The position numbers were made by a program, and so were the translations under genes. DNA of 64,000 nt from Longimicrobiales bacterium (GTDB lineage Bacteria > Gemmatimonadota > Gemmatimonadetes > Longimicrobiales > Gaopeijiaceae): assembly GCA_963664435.2 (NCBI GenBank), contig CAXXKM010000002.1, positions 800,001-864,000 on the forward strand. The letters are read 5' to 3'. The notes beneath the pieces are model-generated. The model was given only the letters and a program-made list of their open reading frames with translations. It was not told the DNA's origin and ran no database searches. Positions 9,845 through 21,012 of the stretch are shown here, piece by piece. The stretch's first letter is position 1. Each line of letters starts with the position of its first letter.

Positions 9845-10216
9845 CTGCCACTTCCGGTCCGGCGCATCCTCAGGAAGCTCGGCAGCGACATCCGGGACGC
9901 CCGGCTGCGACGGCGCATCCGCGCATCGACGATGGCCGAGCGCGCGCTGATCAGCCGCACGACGCTGCACAAGATCGAACGGGGTGATGCCGGCGTTTCC
10001 ATGGGCATGTATGCCACGGTCCTGTTCGTCCTGGGCATGCACGACGGCATCTCGGACCTGGCCGACCGCAGCCGGGACGGGATCGGGCTCGATCTGCTGG
10101 AGGAGCGCCTGCCTCAACGCGTCCGGGTACCGTCTGCCGGGCGTCGTCGGAGGGGCGGCGCGCGTCGGAGGGGCGACACGCGCCTTCCGGGCGCCGACGA
10201 CCAGGGTGCGGGATGA
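9845..10216 (+). CDS. XRE-family HTH regulator (HipB-like antitoxin), start uncertain (CTG)
   Basis: LPVRRILRKLGSDIRDARLRRRI..MAERALISRTTLHKIERGDAGVSMGMYATVLFVLG. Confidence 0.75.
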   Translation: MPLPVRRILRKLGSDIRDARLRRRIRASTMAERALISRTTLHKIERGDAGVSMGMYATVLFVLGMHDGISDLADRSRDGIGLDLLEERLPQRVRVPSAGRRRRGGARRRGDTRLPGADDQGAG

Positions 10217-10248
10217 TGGACACCCCGGTCCTACGACGAGGAGGGCGC

Positions 10249-11565
10249 TCAATAGGACTGACGATTGTGGTTCATGAGGCCGGGGAAGGCGGCTACTGGC
10301 TCGACCTCGTATACCTCGATGAACTCGCGACCGAGTTCATCCTTGCGCAGCACCACGATGCGGTCATCGGCGATGTCCAGCAACTCATGGACCGGGCTCG
10401 GGATGGTGACTTCCCATTCAACGAGCGCGCGGCCGGTGATCGAGCCTTCACGGATCTGAAGCCAATCCGGACGGAAGACGGGAAGACGAATGGAGCCGAC
10501 CGGCGTTCCGTCCGGGCGGAGCATCGTCCAAAGCCGCTGCTCGGCCGATAGCTTCGCGTATTCTCCGATCCAGATCCTGCCACTGGCATCCACCTTGATG
10601 GACCCGAACGCCGGATACGTATCCCGTATATCTGATTGCGCCAATCTCCTCCTCCGGTCCGCCCGAACGATCTCCGGGAACATGTCCAGGTACAGATTGG
10701 TCCATTCCTCGCGTTCGCCCGGGGTAACCCTCCTCATGGAAGAACCGCCGCGGATCCTGGTACGCACGTTCGTGCCGTCGTACAGCGTCACGTCCAACGA
10801 GTCGTTCGTACCGACGACTGTATGGTCTCCCCGTCCGTCGTACAGTGCCGTACGCCCGAATCCGACGGCGTTCCACTGATTCGATGCGACGTAGCGCTCC
10901 TTGCCCGCCCACTCCCCCAATGTCTCGAGTGATCCTTCCCTGCCGGCACAGGCCACCAGGAACAGCGGACCGCGTTGCACGCCCGGCGGGAGATCGGGGC
11001 GGGTCTCGAGGACGCCGAGAAAGGCTTGCGCGTTCACATCCGCAAGGGGAACGACTTCTCCCGTTGCGACCGTGCATCGGCTTCGCTGGACCCCGATGAC
11101 GCCGCCCTCCCGATCGAGGAACGTGAACCGCCGCAAGGCTCGGTCATAGACGAACAGCGATCCATCGCTGGTGAGCCCAATCCGCGAGATCTCGGTGTAC
11201 TCGCCGGGGCCCTCTCCCTCTCGGCCCGCCTGTGCCCGCAGGCTCCCGTCCGGACGCAGGAAGCTGAGGTTGGGCGCAGCCTTGTCGGCAATAACCAGCG
11301 ACGCATCAGGTAGCAGGACCGCGCCCACCACCTCGACCAGGTCAAGATCGTCGGCCGTGGAGTGAAGCAGCGTCAGGCTGAGTTCAGGAAGGTCGAGGGC
11401 ATGCAGGTTCGGGATTCCGGCAACGCTCACTCCTCCAGAATCGACTACGCTTACCGGCCGGGCATCTGCGCCGGGATCAAGTCGTTGACCGGGCTCCGGC
11501 AGCTCCTCGCAACCGAGGGCCGGAAGCAGCGCCAGCAGGCAGGAGACGGATCCAGCCAATCGCAT
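10249..11565 (-). CDS. 6-bladed beta-propeller lipoprotein
   Basis: Lipobox ALGC; GREGEGPGEY motif; VDASGRIWI. Confidence 0.8.
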   Translation of the reverse strand: MRLAGSVSCLLALLPALGCEELPEPGQRLDPGADARPVSVVDSGGVSVAGIPNLHALDLPELSLTLLHSTADDLDLVEVVGAVLLPDASLVIADKAAPNLSFLRPDGSLRAQAGREGEGPGEYTEISRIGLTSDGSLFVYDRALRRFTFLDREGGVIGVQRSRCTVATGEVVPLADVNAQAFLGVLETRPDLPPGVQRGPLFLVACAGREGSLETLGEWAGKERYVASNQWNAVGFGRTALYDGRGDHTVVGTNDSLDVTLYDGTNVRTRIRGGSSMRRVTPGEREEWTNLYLDMFPEIVRADRRRRLAQSDIRDTYPAFGSIKVDASGRIWIGEYAKLSAEQRLWTMLRPDGTPVGSIRLPVFRPDWLQIREGSITGRALVEWEVTIPSPVHELLDIADDRIVVLRKDELGREFIEVYEVEPVAAFPGLMNHNRQSY

Positions 11566-11606
11566 TGGGAACCCGCGTCTTAAGAAGGACCCCATTTGCC
11601 GCCCCC

Positions 11607-13352
11607 CTACGCGCCCGGCGCCTCCACCCGCACCGTGAGGATGTCGGTGTCGTGGTACTTCTGGTGCCGGACCGACCCGGCCAGGTGCCGCAGCAGCCGC
11701 AACGAGAAGTCGTGCTGGGCTTCGATCTCGACCGATTGTTCCGCGGCCAGCGCCATCCGGTCCTCCAGGTTCCCTCCTCCTGACACGGCAAGGAACTCCA
11801 GTTCCGCCGCTCCGCGCTCGGAACGCACGCTGAGTCGCAACCGCCGCGCCGGGCCGTCGGCGTCGCCCTCTTCCCCCATCAGGCTCACCAGCGCCTCTTC
11901 CGAAGCCAGATGTACCCGCTGGAGCATGTCGCCGCCCCATCCCGCACCCGCCGCGGCACTCTCGATGAACGCCCTGATCCCGGGCAGCGCGTCCACCTCG
12001 AGCGTCGTCACCAGACGCTGGCGGCGCGGGCCGGCGAGCTCGACGAACACCGACAGCGCGAGCGCCGCCAGCCCGCCCGAGGTCATGCCGTTCCCCAGCA
12101 TCTCGGCGAAGAAGGGGTTCATCCGGTCGACGAACAGGCCGCCGCTCTGGAAGCCGTAGCCGACCCAGAACGAGACCCCGACGATGGCCGCCTTCTGATA
12201 GTTGATGCCGTCCGCTACGACGATGCGCATGCCCAGAACGAACAGGATCGCGATCAGCACGATCAGATAGGTGCCGATGATCGCGTCGGGGACCGAGAGG
12301 ATCACCGCCACGAACTTGGGTAGCAGGGCCAGCGCGCAGAACCCGACGCCGATGGCGACGCCAACCCGCCGCGCGGCCACCCCCGTGATCTCCACGATCG
12401 CAACGGTGCTCGAATAGGTCGTGTTGGGAACCGTGGCGAGCAGTCCCGAAAGGAGGTTGCCCAGACCGTCCGCCATGACCGCCCCCTGCACCCCGCGAAA
12501 GTCCGTGGCCCGCTCTTTCCGCCACGACACGCGCTGCACGGCCACCGCATCGCCGATGGTCTCGATCGCCCCCACCAGCGTGACGAACACGAACGCCGGA
12601 AGCAGCGCCCAGAAGACGGGCCCGAAGCTGAAGTCGAATCCCGGCCAGCCCGCCAGCGGCAGTCCGAACCACGGGGCCGCGGCCACCGCGTCCCACGAGA
12701 ACGCGCCGAAGAAGCCGGCGACCGCGCTCCCGGCCAGGATCCCGATCACGGGCCCCCACAGCCGCATCGCCCCGGTGGCGCGCAGCACGATCACCATGGT
12801 GACGCCAAGGGTTACCGCGGCCGTGACCGGCCCGGCCGCCGGCGCCACCCCCTCGGGCACCCGCGCGATCAAGTCGAGGATCAGCGGCATCACCGTCACC
12901 GCGATCAGCATGATCACCGTCCCCGCGACGGTCGGCGTGATGATCCGCCGCAGCAGCGACAGCCGCGACGCCAGCACGAACTGAAACACCGCCGAGACCG
13001 CCACCAACGTTGCCAGCAGCGCCGGCCCCCCCTGCGCGAGCGCCGTCACCGACACCGCGATGAACGCCCCCGACGTGCCCATCAACAGGATGTATCCCGC
13101 TCCGAGGCGTCCCACGCGCCTGGCCTGGACGATGGTCGCGATGCCGCTCACCAGCAGCGCGGCGCACGCCGCCCACGACAGAAAGAGCTCGCTCTGGCCG
13201 GCCGCCCGTACCACGATCGCGACGGTCAGAACCACCGGCCCCAGGGTGAGCAGACAGTACTGCAGAGCCAATCCGATGGTGACGGGCCAGCCGGGATTCT
13301 CGTCGGGTTGGAATCGAACACCGGGACCGGATCGGCTGGTGGGCAGCGCCAT
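11607..13352 (-). CDS. NCS2 xanthine/uracil permease fused to a C-terminal RsbW/HATPase-like domain
   Basis: GAIETIGD, ADGLGN, PNTTYS NCS2 signature; C-terminal HLASEEALVSL..LRLLRHLAGSVRHQ. Confidence 0.8.
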   Translation of the reverse strand: MALPTSRSGPGVRFQPDENPGWPVTIGLALQYCLLTLGPVVLTVAIVVRAAGQSELFLSWAACAALLVSGIATIVQARRVGRLGAGYILLMGTSGAFIAVSVTALAQGGPALLATLVAVSAVFQFVLASRLSLLRRIITPTVAGTVIMLIAVTVMPLILDLIARVPEGVAPAAGPVTAAVTLGVTMVIVLRATGAMRLWGPVIGILAGSAVAGFFGAFSWDAVAAAPWFGLPLAGWPGFDFSFGPVFWALLPAFVFVTLVGAIETIGDAVAVQRVSWRKERATDFRGVQGAVMADGLGNLLSGLLATVPNTTYSSTVAIVEITGVAARRVGVAIGVGFCALALLPKFVAVILSVPDAIIGTYLIVLIAILFVLGMRIVVADGINYQKAAIVGVSFWVGYGFQSGGLFVDRMNPFFAEMLGNGMTSGGLAALALSVFVELAGPRRQRLVTTLEVDALPGIRAFIESAAAGAGWGGDMLQRVHLASEEALVSLMGEEGDADGPARRLRLSVRSERGAAELEFLAVSGGGNLEDRMALAAEQSVEIEAQHDFSLRLLRHLAGSVRHQKYHDTDILTVRVEAPGA

Positions 13353-13695
13353 GGGGCTCCCTCTTCTGCGGTTCGTGGATCGAAGGATTCTGAATCTGGG
13401 AGAGACGGCTGCTCTCCGCGAGGACTCCGATGGCTGGGGGTCAGCTCTCAGCAGACATCCGCGCACTCGCCGCGCACCACGCCGTAGAGCATCACCCAGA
13501 GCATCTCGCCTGGGTAGTTCTGCTCATCCTCGCGGGTAGACCATGACGCAGCTTTCCCGGCTGCGGGCGCAAGTCGAGGCGCCGCCAAGCCTTGTTGCGC
13601 CTGGAGGCGCATTGCTCAACCTTGCGGGCCGCCGAAACGTTGCGCAAGTATAATGGGCGCAGAAATTTAGCCACGATATTGAGGGAGCATCCCCA

Positions 13696-14886
13696 ATGCC
13701 GAGTACCCGGCTGTGCCAGCTAGCAGTGGGGAGCTTCTTTGCTCTCTCCTCCCCGGTGCTCCAGGCTCAGGAAGTGATCGAGCTTCCCGCCGAAGACCGG
13801 ATCCTCGAGGCGGAGTTCGAGGAGGTCTACCGGGTGGGGTCCCTTGATGGTGCCGCGTGGGAGCAGTTCAGCCGGGTCTTCGCGGTCGGCTTCGGCCAGT
13901 CCGGCGACCTGTATGTGATGGACGACCAGGGCGGACGGATTGTGGTTGTGAGCAGGGAGGGCGAGTTCGTCCGCGAATTCGGGCGGATTGGCGATGGGCC
14001 CGGGGAGTTTGCCGCCAATACCAACACGGCCGTCGGATTCACGGTGCTCCGCGACGGACGCACGGTGGTGTTCGATCCGGGCCATAGTGCATTTGACCTG
14101 TTCGGACCGGACGGCGAGTTCGAGCGCTCGGTGCGCATGCCCGGCAACTCACTCTACACGATCCGGACCTTGTTGCCCGCCAGGGACGGTCAGAACGTCA
14201 TCACGCCACGCGTATCAGCCTTCGGCAGGGGAGGCCCTGCCGGCGGCCCCGAGCCACCGTTCCGCCCCGTCTACCGATTGGTCCTTACCGGCGATGAGGC
14301 TGTGCAGGACACGGTGATCCGGGCCTGGCGGCCATCGGGAGATCCGGACGGCTTCAGACCGGAGCTGGTGGCCGGGGCGCTGCCGGACGGTCGCCTGGTC
14401 TACACCGACTCTTCCGCCTATGCGATCAAAGTGGCTGCGGGAAACGGGGACCTTGCCCGGGTGCTCACCCGGCCGTTTCGACCTGAACCTGTCACCGGCC
14501 GCATCAGGGATCGGGAGATCGAACGCCAGTTGGAGGAAAACGAGGAGCGCCCCGCCAGATCGAATGCCCGGTTCGCCGCCGCGCTGGCCGACATGAGACG
14601 CGAGCGGATCCAGAACATGGAGTTCTACCCCGAAGTCCCGGTGGTCCGCGACCTGAAAACCAGCTGGGAGGGGACCATCTGGGTGCTTCGGCGCGGGGAG
14701 GAACCTGCCAGCGATGGCCCGATCGATGTGCTGGCCCCCGACGGCCGCTACATCGGGACGTACGCTGCCAGCGCGACCGAGTTGCCCGACGCGTTCGGGC
14801 CGGACGGGCTGGCGGCGTTCATCGAGCGTGACGAATTCGACGTGACGAGCGTGGTGGTGCGGCGACTGTCGGGCGATGTGAGGTAG
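13696..14886 (+). CDS. 6-bladed beta-propeller secreted protein
   Basis: Signal peptide; [30 protein letters not shown]. Confidence 0.85.
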   Translation: MPSTRLCQLAVGSFFALSSPVLQAQEVIELPAEDRILEAEFEEVYRVGSLDGAAWEQFSRVFAVGFGQSGDLYVMDDQGGRIVVVSREGEFVREFGRIGDGPGEFAANTNTAVGFTVLRDGRTVVFDPGHSAFDLFGPDGEFERSVRMPGNSLYTIRTLLPARDGQNVITPRVSAFGRGGPAGGPEPPFRPVYRLVLTGDEAVQDTVIRAWRPSGDPDGFRPELVAGALPDGRLVYTDSSAYAIKVAAGNGDLARVLTRPFRPEPVTGRIRDREIERQLEENEERPARSNARFAAALADMRRERIQNMEFYPEVPVVRDLKTSWEGTIWVLRRGEEPASDGPIDVLAPDGRYIGTYAASATELPDAFGPDGLAAFIERDEFDVTSVVVRRLSGDVR

Positions 14887-15016
14887 GGCTCACCGGCCCA
14901 ACTTCCTGGCCGGCCAGGCCCCGGGTCTCTCGAGCTCAACCCTCACCAGATCGAGGATCCTGGAGGGCCGAACCACTTCGCTGGCGGCCCCCTTCCACAA
15001 TCCCCCTCCCGGTCTC

Positions 15017-15985
15017 CTACTCCACGACCGTATGCCGGCCGGGCAGGTTGGCGGGGGCGTACCCCAGCGCGGGATCGTCCATGCGCGCCAGGACGCTTCT
15101 GTGGATGAGCGCACCTGGCGGGATGGTTCGCGGCGCCGGCCTCCACAGCTTCCACAGGCCGGTTCTCGAAACGTGGAGGCGGCCGGCGGGATCGGGTGAG
15201 AGCCTGCGGCGCCAGTGCGGTCTCAGGCGCAGGCCCCGGGCCTCGGCCCTGTTCAGCATCCATTCCAGTGCGATGTCGGAGAGGCCGGCATCCGTATACC
15301 AGCCGCCGACATCGGAGTGGACGCCGGCGAACCAGACCTGCTCGATCGTCTGGTGATCGGCCTTGACGTCCTCGCTCCACATGTTGGCCGGGAACTTCTT
15401 GCGCTGCTCGTCGATGGAGACCGCGTGGTAGCCGTACTTCACGTCCTGGTTCAGCGTTGAATCGAAGAACTTCCGGCCCCAGAACCAGCCCATCGAGCCG
15501 ACCGTGTCCCATACGCCGATGAGGTGCGGACGGCAGTCGTGGCAATAGGTCCGCTTGAACCCGGGCGCCATGCCGTGACGCGCGCGGTCGTTGTAGATCC
15601 GGGACGCGTACGGCACCAGGTTGAGGCTGCCCTTCTGCAGCAGGCCGCAAAGGTTCAGCATCCCGGCCAGCGCGCGCACGGTGAACGCGCCGCGGCTGAA
15701 GCCGAACAGATACAGCCTGTCACCCGGCTCGTACCGGTCCATGAGGAACCGGTAGGCATCCTCTATGTTCTGCTGGAGCCCGGCACCGAACGCCTTCCCC
15801 AGCGTCCGGCCCACCCGCCGTCCGAGCGTCCTGCCGAGAAAGCTGAAGGTTCCGACGCCCGGATCGTAGAAGGCGACCTGGTCCCCGTCGCGAACGATCG
15901 CCTCGTACAGCTTCACGACGTTGGTGTTGTTCGAGCCGTATTCGTTGCCCGTGCCGTCACAGCACACGACGATGTTCTTCGACAT
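15017..15985 (-). CDS. DUF2235 alpha/beta hydrolase (Tle1-like)
   Basis: KNIVVCCDGTGN, FGFSRGA, GVWDTV, WFAGVHSDVGG. Confidence 0.92.
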   Translation of the reverse strand: MSKNIVVCCDGTGNEYGSNNTNVVKLYEAIVRDGDQVAFYDPGVGTFSFLGRTLGRRVGRTLGKAFGAGLQQNIEDAYRFLMDRYEPGDRLYLFGFSRGAFTVRALAGMLNLCGLLQKGSLNLVPYASRIYNDRARHGMAPGFKRTYCHDCRPHLIGVWDTVGSMGWFWGRKFFDSTLNQDVKYGYHAVSIDEQRKKFPANMWSEDVKADHQTIEQVWFAGVHSDVGGWYTDAGLSDIALEWMLNRAEARGLRLRPHWRRRLSPDPAGRLHVSRTGLWKLWRPAPRTIPPGALIHRSVLARMDDPALGYAPANLPGRHTVVE

Positions 15986-16111
15986 GTGTGTATTCCGTTG
16001 GTGATGGTTGCAGTCGAGAGTCGAGTTCGGTCATAAGTCTGGCAGAGAAGGCTTGTCTCCGCGAGACTTCCGATGCGTGGATTGTGCAGTCCATCATCGA
16101 AGGGAGGCAGC

Positions 16112-16474
16112 GTGCAACGCGTTCAGGGATTCGGCGGGTTCTTCTTCCGGGCGCAGGACCCGGCAGGACTTGCGAAATGGTATGAGGATCACCTCGGCAT
16201 CAATCCCGCCCCGAAGAACATGGAGATGCCGCCCTGGGTGACCGAGTCCGGGGTCACGGTCTTCGGACCCTTCGCCGCCGACACGGACTACTTCGCCGCG
16301 GACAAGACGTTCATGCTGAACTTCCGCGTGGCCGATCTGGACGCGATGATCGCACAACTGAAGTCCGCGGACATCGAGGTCAGCCACGAAAGCGAGATGG
16401 AGGGCATCGGCCGCTTCGCCCGCATCCACGACCCCGAAGGCAATGCGATCGAGCTTTGGGAGCCGGTGGGGTGA
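16112..16474 (+). CDS. VOC/glyoxalase family protein
   Basis: GFGGFFFRAQDP..WYEDHLG, NFRVADLD, DPEGNAIELWEP. Confidence 0.9.
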   Translation: MQRVQGFGGFFFRAQDPAGLAKWYEDHLGINPAPKNMEMPPWVTESGVTVFGPFAADTDYFAADKTFMLNFRVADLDAMIAQLKSADIEVSHESEMEGIGRFARIHDPEGNAIELWEPVG

Positions 16475-16482
16475 GAAGGGCT

Positions 16483-16920
16483 TCACTGCCAGGCGGGGAC
16501 GCGGATCCCCACAGCGACTCCTCCCGACCGGTACCACGCCGGCCCAACCCGCAGCTCCGCGTTGCTCTCCTCAGTAATGGCTTGTTCGATGGCACGGACG
16601 ACGACCATCGCGGGCAACCCGATCAGAGCTCCAACCCCCGCCGCCTTGGCGATGGTCTCGGCGTGCTCACCCGCGCCTTCGCACTTTGGTACGGGCGGCG
16701 CGACACAGAAGCCGGCCGCGGGTGCCGGGGGCGGGGCGAGGTAGCTCTCCCCGGAACACTGGCTCACCCCCACGAGACTTCCGACAACAGCGCCAGCCAG
16801 GATCCCCTCGACGATGGCCCTCTCGTACCAGAGCCACTCGGTGTCAGCCGGTGGTTCCTGATTCTGTGCAATGAGCGGAGAGGAGGTCGCGAGCGCGACC
16901 AGGGCGAGTCGCTTGAACAT
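16483..16920 (-). CDS. Hypothetical secreted/membrane protein
   Basis: Signal peptide, Gly-rich hydrophobic segments. Confidence 0.55.
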   Translation of the reverse strand: MFKRLALVALATSSPLIAQNQEPPADTEWLWYERAIVEGILAGAVVGSLVGVSQCSGESYLAPPPAPAAGFCVAPPVPKCEGAGEHAETIAKAAGVGALIGLPAMVVVRAIEQAITEESNAELRVGPAWYRSGGVAVGIRVPAWQ

Positions 16921-17034
16921 GAAGGAGGCTCCCGAACTCAAGGGTCACCGCGTAGCGCAGCGTTTTACGGTGATCCCCGAACGTAGCGACCTGCTTCTGG
17001 CGTCGCGAGATAGCCGATAGGATCGCGCGTGGCA

Positions 17035-17650
17035 TCAGTGCCTCCTCTTCGACTACAGCCGCCGGTGCCGGCAGCGAGGCGTTGACGCACCGTATGACTT
17101 TGTTATCCAGGAGCACGCTCCTCGCTCTTTTACCGCGGCAGCCGACCGGGACCGGCTCGCGCGCCGTGGCATCAAGCTGCCGACGACAACGGCAGCCCGG
17201 GCGGCGGCCTTCTCGCAACGATCGGCTACGAAGGACGAAGCTACGAGGCCTACTTGAACCAGCTGCTTGGGCTGGGGATCTCTCGTCTCTGCGATGTTCG
17301 GCAGAACCCCCTCAGTCGCAAGTGGGGATTCTCGAAGCGACTCCTCTCTCAAGGCTGTGAAGAGCTCGGCATCCGGTATGAGTCCTTTCCGGAGCTGGGC
17401 ATCGCATCCAGGCACCGCGCCAGTCCCGGCGACCGGGCATCCTACAGCCGCCTCTTTGCTCGCTACGAAACCACGACTGTGCCGCGCTGTTGGGACGCCG
17501 TGGCTCGAATCGCGGGGGATGGATCGACGCGCGAGAGCGCGTGGCGATCACCTGCTATGAACGCGATTCACGCGACTGTCATCGTTCCCGCCTCGCTACG
17601 GCCATCGTCAAGAGCGCCTCCAGGTCCCTCTCGCCGAGACACCCGTAGGA
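17035..17650 (+). pseudogene. Degraded copy of the DUF488 gene at 28939-29814
   Basis: LCDVRQNPLSRKWGFSK matches; internal deletion and frameshifts relative to the intact copy. Confidence 0.85.
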
Positions 17651-17739
17651 GGGCATAGCCCGCCCAGTCAGGTCCAAGACGGTCACCGACACGCCATCAC
17701 CAGATCCTGCCGATTCCGCAGGCGTCCGATGCCGCATCC

Positions 17740-18360
17740 GCGGATACGACCAACTGGAGCGCGCGTCCGCCGCGAGAGGATGGTGCCCGGGCGGGCGCGG
17801 CGGGCGAGGGCGCCGGTCGACGAGGGGTGGGTCGACATGGAGGCTTGGCGGCGTGCCGAGGCGCAGGCTTGGGAGAAGGTCGAGGATCGGCGCATGCTGG
17901 AACTCTCGCGGCTGGAGAGCCGGGCGCGGGAGGAATGGGCCGAGCTGCTCAAGCGGCAGGAGGACATGCGCCAGAGGCTCGACCGGGAGAGCCGCTCGCT
18001 GCTCGGGCGGCTTCGGATCTGGCGGATCGACCGCTCGTTGCGGGAACTGGCCGGGGCGGTCCGGGGCCGGGAGGACCTTGTCGAGGGCTGGCGTGAGGAT
18101 CTCGACCGGTACAACAAGGGCGAGCGAGCCGCGCCGGGCAAGGCACACGCCGACAGCGCTCGGCAGATCGAGAGGAAGGTGCGCGAGGTGTACCGAAAGG
18201 GGCTGCAAGACGAGGAACGGCACGCACGGATCACTGTCCGGACCTCGTCAAGCGGGCGGCGCAGGAGATGAAGGAGCGCGGCCTCAGCATAACCCGCATC
18301 CCCGTACGGCCGCCCCGGCCCCTAGGCCCCGAGCGTGGCGGCGGAGGATTCGAGAGGTGA
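17740..18360 (+). pseudogene. C-terminal fragment of the IME-4-type relaxase
   Basis: VDMEAWRRAEAQAW..LGRLRIWRIDRSLRELAGAVRGREDLVEGW matches 57780-58100. Confidence 0.85.
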
Positions 18361-18764
18361 ACATTGACTCCTCGTTCCTCGCCAAGCGGGTCGTTCCAGA
18401 ACGGCCGAACCCAGAGCGGTTTTGGCGCATCTCTAGGGGCTCTGGGGATCGCCCAAGATCGACGATCGCCGACCTCCGAAGGGTGCTCGGGTCGGGTGAG
18501 AGTAGGGCTCCAGCACAGCCTCGACGAGGAACCGAGGGGATCCCGAAGCGGACCCGGATGGCTGCCGGGCTCTCGCCCTGAGCTAGCGCCATCCTCGCCC
18601 GGTCTTTCGCGACGAGACCGTCGAAGCCCGAGACTGCCTTGATGGCATGAATGGTCGCAGCACGGTAAAATAAGGTTGTGGTGTTCCGTTCCCCTTTGAC
18701 TCCCGGTTCCCCCCGCTCCGAGCGGTTGACCGCGAGCCCATGTCATGCACGTTGGAGGGTTCCC

Positions 18765-19190
18765 TTGCGCCGAGCCATTGATTCTCACACGTCGTATTCG
18801 GAACGGGTTGCTCAACTGATCCCGGCAGAGGTCGTCGCGGCCCACCTGACCATCCAGGGGTTGGTCTACAACCAAATCACGATCCGGGACCGTGCCATCG
18901 AGATAACGGCAGGAGTGCTGTTGGTCCTTCTCCCCTTCTATCTTTGGAGGTTGGGAGTTACGACGATGAAGCAGATCGTTCTGACGATGGGGAGCTTCGT
19001 CGCCTGGGTTCTCGCAGTCAGCCTCCCCGTCCATCAGAGATCCGGGTTGGACCCGCTTTGGGGGTCGATCATCCTGATCCTGTGGACCGTAGTGATTCCT
19101 GTCATCGCAGCCCCCAGCGTAGCGGGATCCTCTCCAGATGCGGACGATATGACGGCAAGTGGGGGAGGCCAGGGAGGGAGAACGGGATGA
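18765..19190 (+). CDS. Hypothetical 4-TM membrane protein (copy 1)
   Basis: RBS ggagg + TTG; paralog of 58710-59093. Confidence 0.7.
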   Translation: MRRAIDSHTSYSERVAQLIPAEVVAAHLTIQGLVYNQITIRDRAIEITAGVLLVLLPFYLWRLGVTTMKQIVLTMGSFVAWVLAVSLPVHQRSGLDPLWGSIILILWTVVIPVIAAPSVAGSSPDADDMTASGGGQGGRTG

Positions 19191-19975
19191 CGCGCGTCTG
19201 GCTGTGCCTCGCGCTAGCGGCGGCTCCGCTAGCTTCCCCAGCTCGGGCGCAGGATTTTCTGGAGCCCGACCGAATCATTAACCGCACGCGATTCTACGCT
19301 TCCCCGCTCGGAACTCTGGCTTTCCTTCCGCAAGTCACCAGGTCTGAGAACGCCAAGTACGCTGGCCAATGGGATTTGCTCGTCGAGAGCGGACGGTACA
19401 GGATTGCCCCAAGCGGTCAGTATTGCTTTGTCCTGAACCACCGGGATCGCGCCCAAGAGGGCAGACGTTCATATGTCGTGATCGGAGCCACGTCCATTCT
19501 CCCTTCTGGAACTCGACCGGCGCGCCCCATTTCGATGTTCAGGAATCCGGGATGGTCACGAAGTGATGACCCGGAATACTCTCGCGAGAACGGTTTGCCG
19601 AAGCACGTATCACTAACGCTGGAGACGTTCGTCGGAGCGCATGATCAGAGTGAGCTTGAGGAGAACGACCGGCTCTTGACTCACCGTTGGCACGGTGATT
19701 TTGGCGGTGGGGAGTCGTGGGTGGATCGCGATTTGTGGGTCGAAGCGGCTTCGGTCGAGCCAGAAGTGATTTCCGGCTTGGTGGGAGACGAAGAAGGACG
19801 ACCCGATTTGCGATTCGACGCCAAGCTCCTCCGGTTTATCTTCACGGGGGAACGCAATTCCGATCGGCCTGTTGCATTCTGCATGGAAGGTGATCGCCGA
19901 ATCGCCACCATCGTGACGGTGTTCAGCCCGCACTTCCACGTCGCGGAGAGACGGTTCGAGCTGGTCTTCCGGTAA
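19187..19975 (+). CDS. Hypothetical secreted protein (copy 1)
   Basis: Signal peptide ..ARA-Q; near-identical to 59098-59883. Confidence 0.8.
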   Translation: MTRVWLCLALAAAPLASPARAQDFLEPDRIINRTRFYASPLGTLAFLPQVTRSENAKYAGQWDLLVESGRYRIAPSGQYCFVLNHRDRAQEGRRSYVVIGATSILPSGTRPARPISMFRNPGWSRSDDPEYSRENGLPKHVSLTLETFVGAHDQSELEENDRLLTHRWHGDFGGGESWVDRDLWVEAASVEPEVISGLVGDEEGRPDLRFDAKLLRFIFTGERNSDRPVAFCMEGDRRIATIVTVFSPHFHVAERRFELVFR

Positions 19976-20229
19976 ACACTCACGCTCGGGGTGGGGTCTT
20001 GCGGTTAGGGCGTTCGCGAGGCGCTCCGTTCACCCCGTGGCGCGGAAGGTGGATCGATTCGCTGGCCTCCTGTCCGAGAGCCGGCGCGAGACGCTGAGTC
20101 CGGTCGCGGCGAGCACGCGCCCTCCCGCGGTCAGAGCGGCCGTTCGGCCCCGGGAGCGCCGCGCCTGCCGATACGGACCTAGGCTGGAAGTTAGCCGAGG
20201 CGCGTGCCTCGGTACCTTTGATCGTTCCC

Positions 20230-20990
20230 CAGTGACGCAAACGGGCAGGGAATCGGTTGGGACCGCCCATATCCTGCCGTTGCCGCCGTGGAATTCCTGA
20301 TAGACGCATGCGTGCAGGACGAATCCTGACTTGAGCCAAAGGGTGTCACAGACACCTAACAGGTCGTTGGCCGGACCATGGGCAATGACGCGCTCTCGCC
20401 GTGCCACCAGCCGGAGCCCTTGTCGGGGATTTCCCTCGCCTTTACGGCAGCCTGACGAAGGCGATTGACCCGCGTGATGGGAAAGAAAGTGGTCTTCATC
20501 GGCCTTGGTGACTCCTCCCCTCGCTTGGCCCCGAAGGAGCCGCATACCTTCCCGACTGGCCGCGCTTGGCGTCCGTGAGGCTGGCGACCACGAGGCCGGC
20601 GAACCTGCCCGCGACGGCCCCTCCCCCTGACCCCTCAGCCGCTCCCCGCGTTTCAAGCTCATCTCTGGGGTGAGAAGTCTCGGATCTCCCCTGCTCGCAC
20701 CGAACCAGCGTATCGCTTGCGTGCTCGTAGCGTCGGTTGACGAACTGGAAGAATAGCATGGCGCCGCTGCGAGTGACCGTTAGATGGCCGATCTCGCTAG
20801 CGATCAGGAGTCGCGCCGGTCGCATGCCCGTCGTGATCGTAGACGAACATGGAGATGCCGCCCTGGGTGACCGATTCCGGGGTAACCTATGCTGGTGGCC
20901 GGGACGGGATAGCGCGCTTGTCCCAACCGCAGTTGGAGGTTGATGTGGTTCCCGATATCCTGCCTCGCGGCCGAAACCCTCACGTTAACG
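20230..20990. repeat. Duplicate of 30290-30853 (gene fragment + istB fragment + VOC fragment + attB-1 left half)
   Basis: Near-identical sequence blocks. Confidence 0.9.
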
Positions 20991-20998
20991 TCAGGGTT
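20975..20998. other. Empty or scarred attB-like site for IME-1 (AACCCTCA-CGTTAACG-TCAGGGTT)
   Basis: Left side matches the flank at 30839-30846, right side matches the flank at 43134-43141. Confidence 0.8.
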
Positions 20999-21012
20999 CT
21001 CGCATTGTCGCC

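Larger units (their letters stand above)
17740..20230 (+). repeat. Diverged duplicate of the IME-4 segment ~57700-60070 (relaxase 3' end, noncoding block, two cargo genes)
   Basis: Colinear similarity visible by eye, e.g. 19245-19975 vs 59155-59883. Confidence 0.9.

Noticed and set aside
10249..13176. 975-aa ORF, and other long Arg/Pro-rich ORFs (652-2616, 2378-4000, 51736-53025, N-terminal part of 55723-58308)
   Set aside because: Shadow frames of real genes in GC-rich DNA; true starts were reassigned.
13360..13620. Purine riboswitch upstream of the NCS2 permease
   Set aside because: No recognisable aptamer motif; the region reads more like a short coding remnant.
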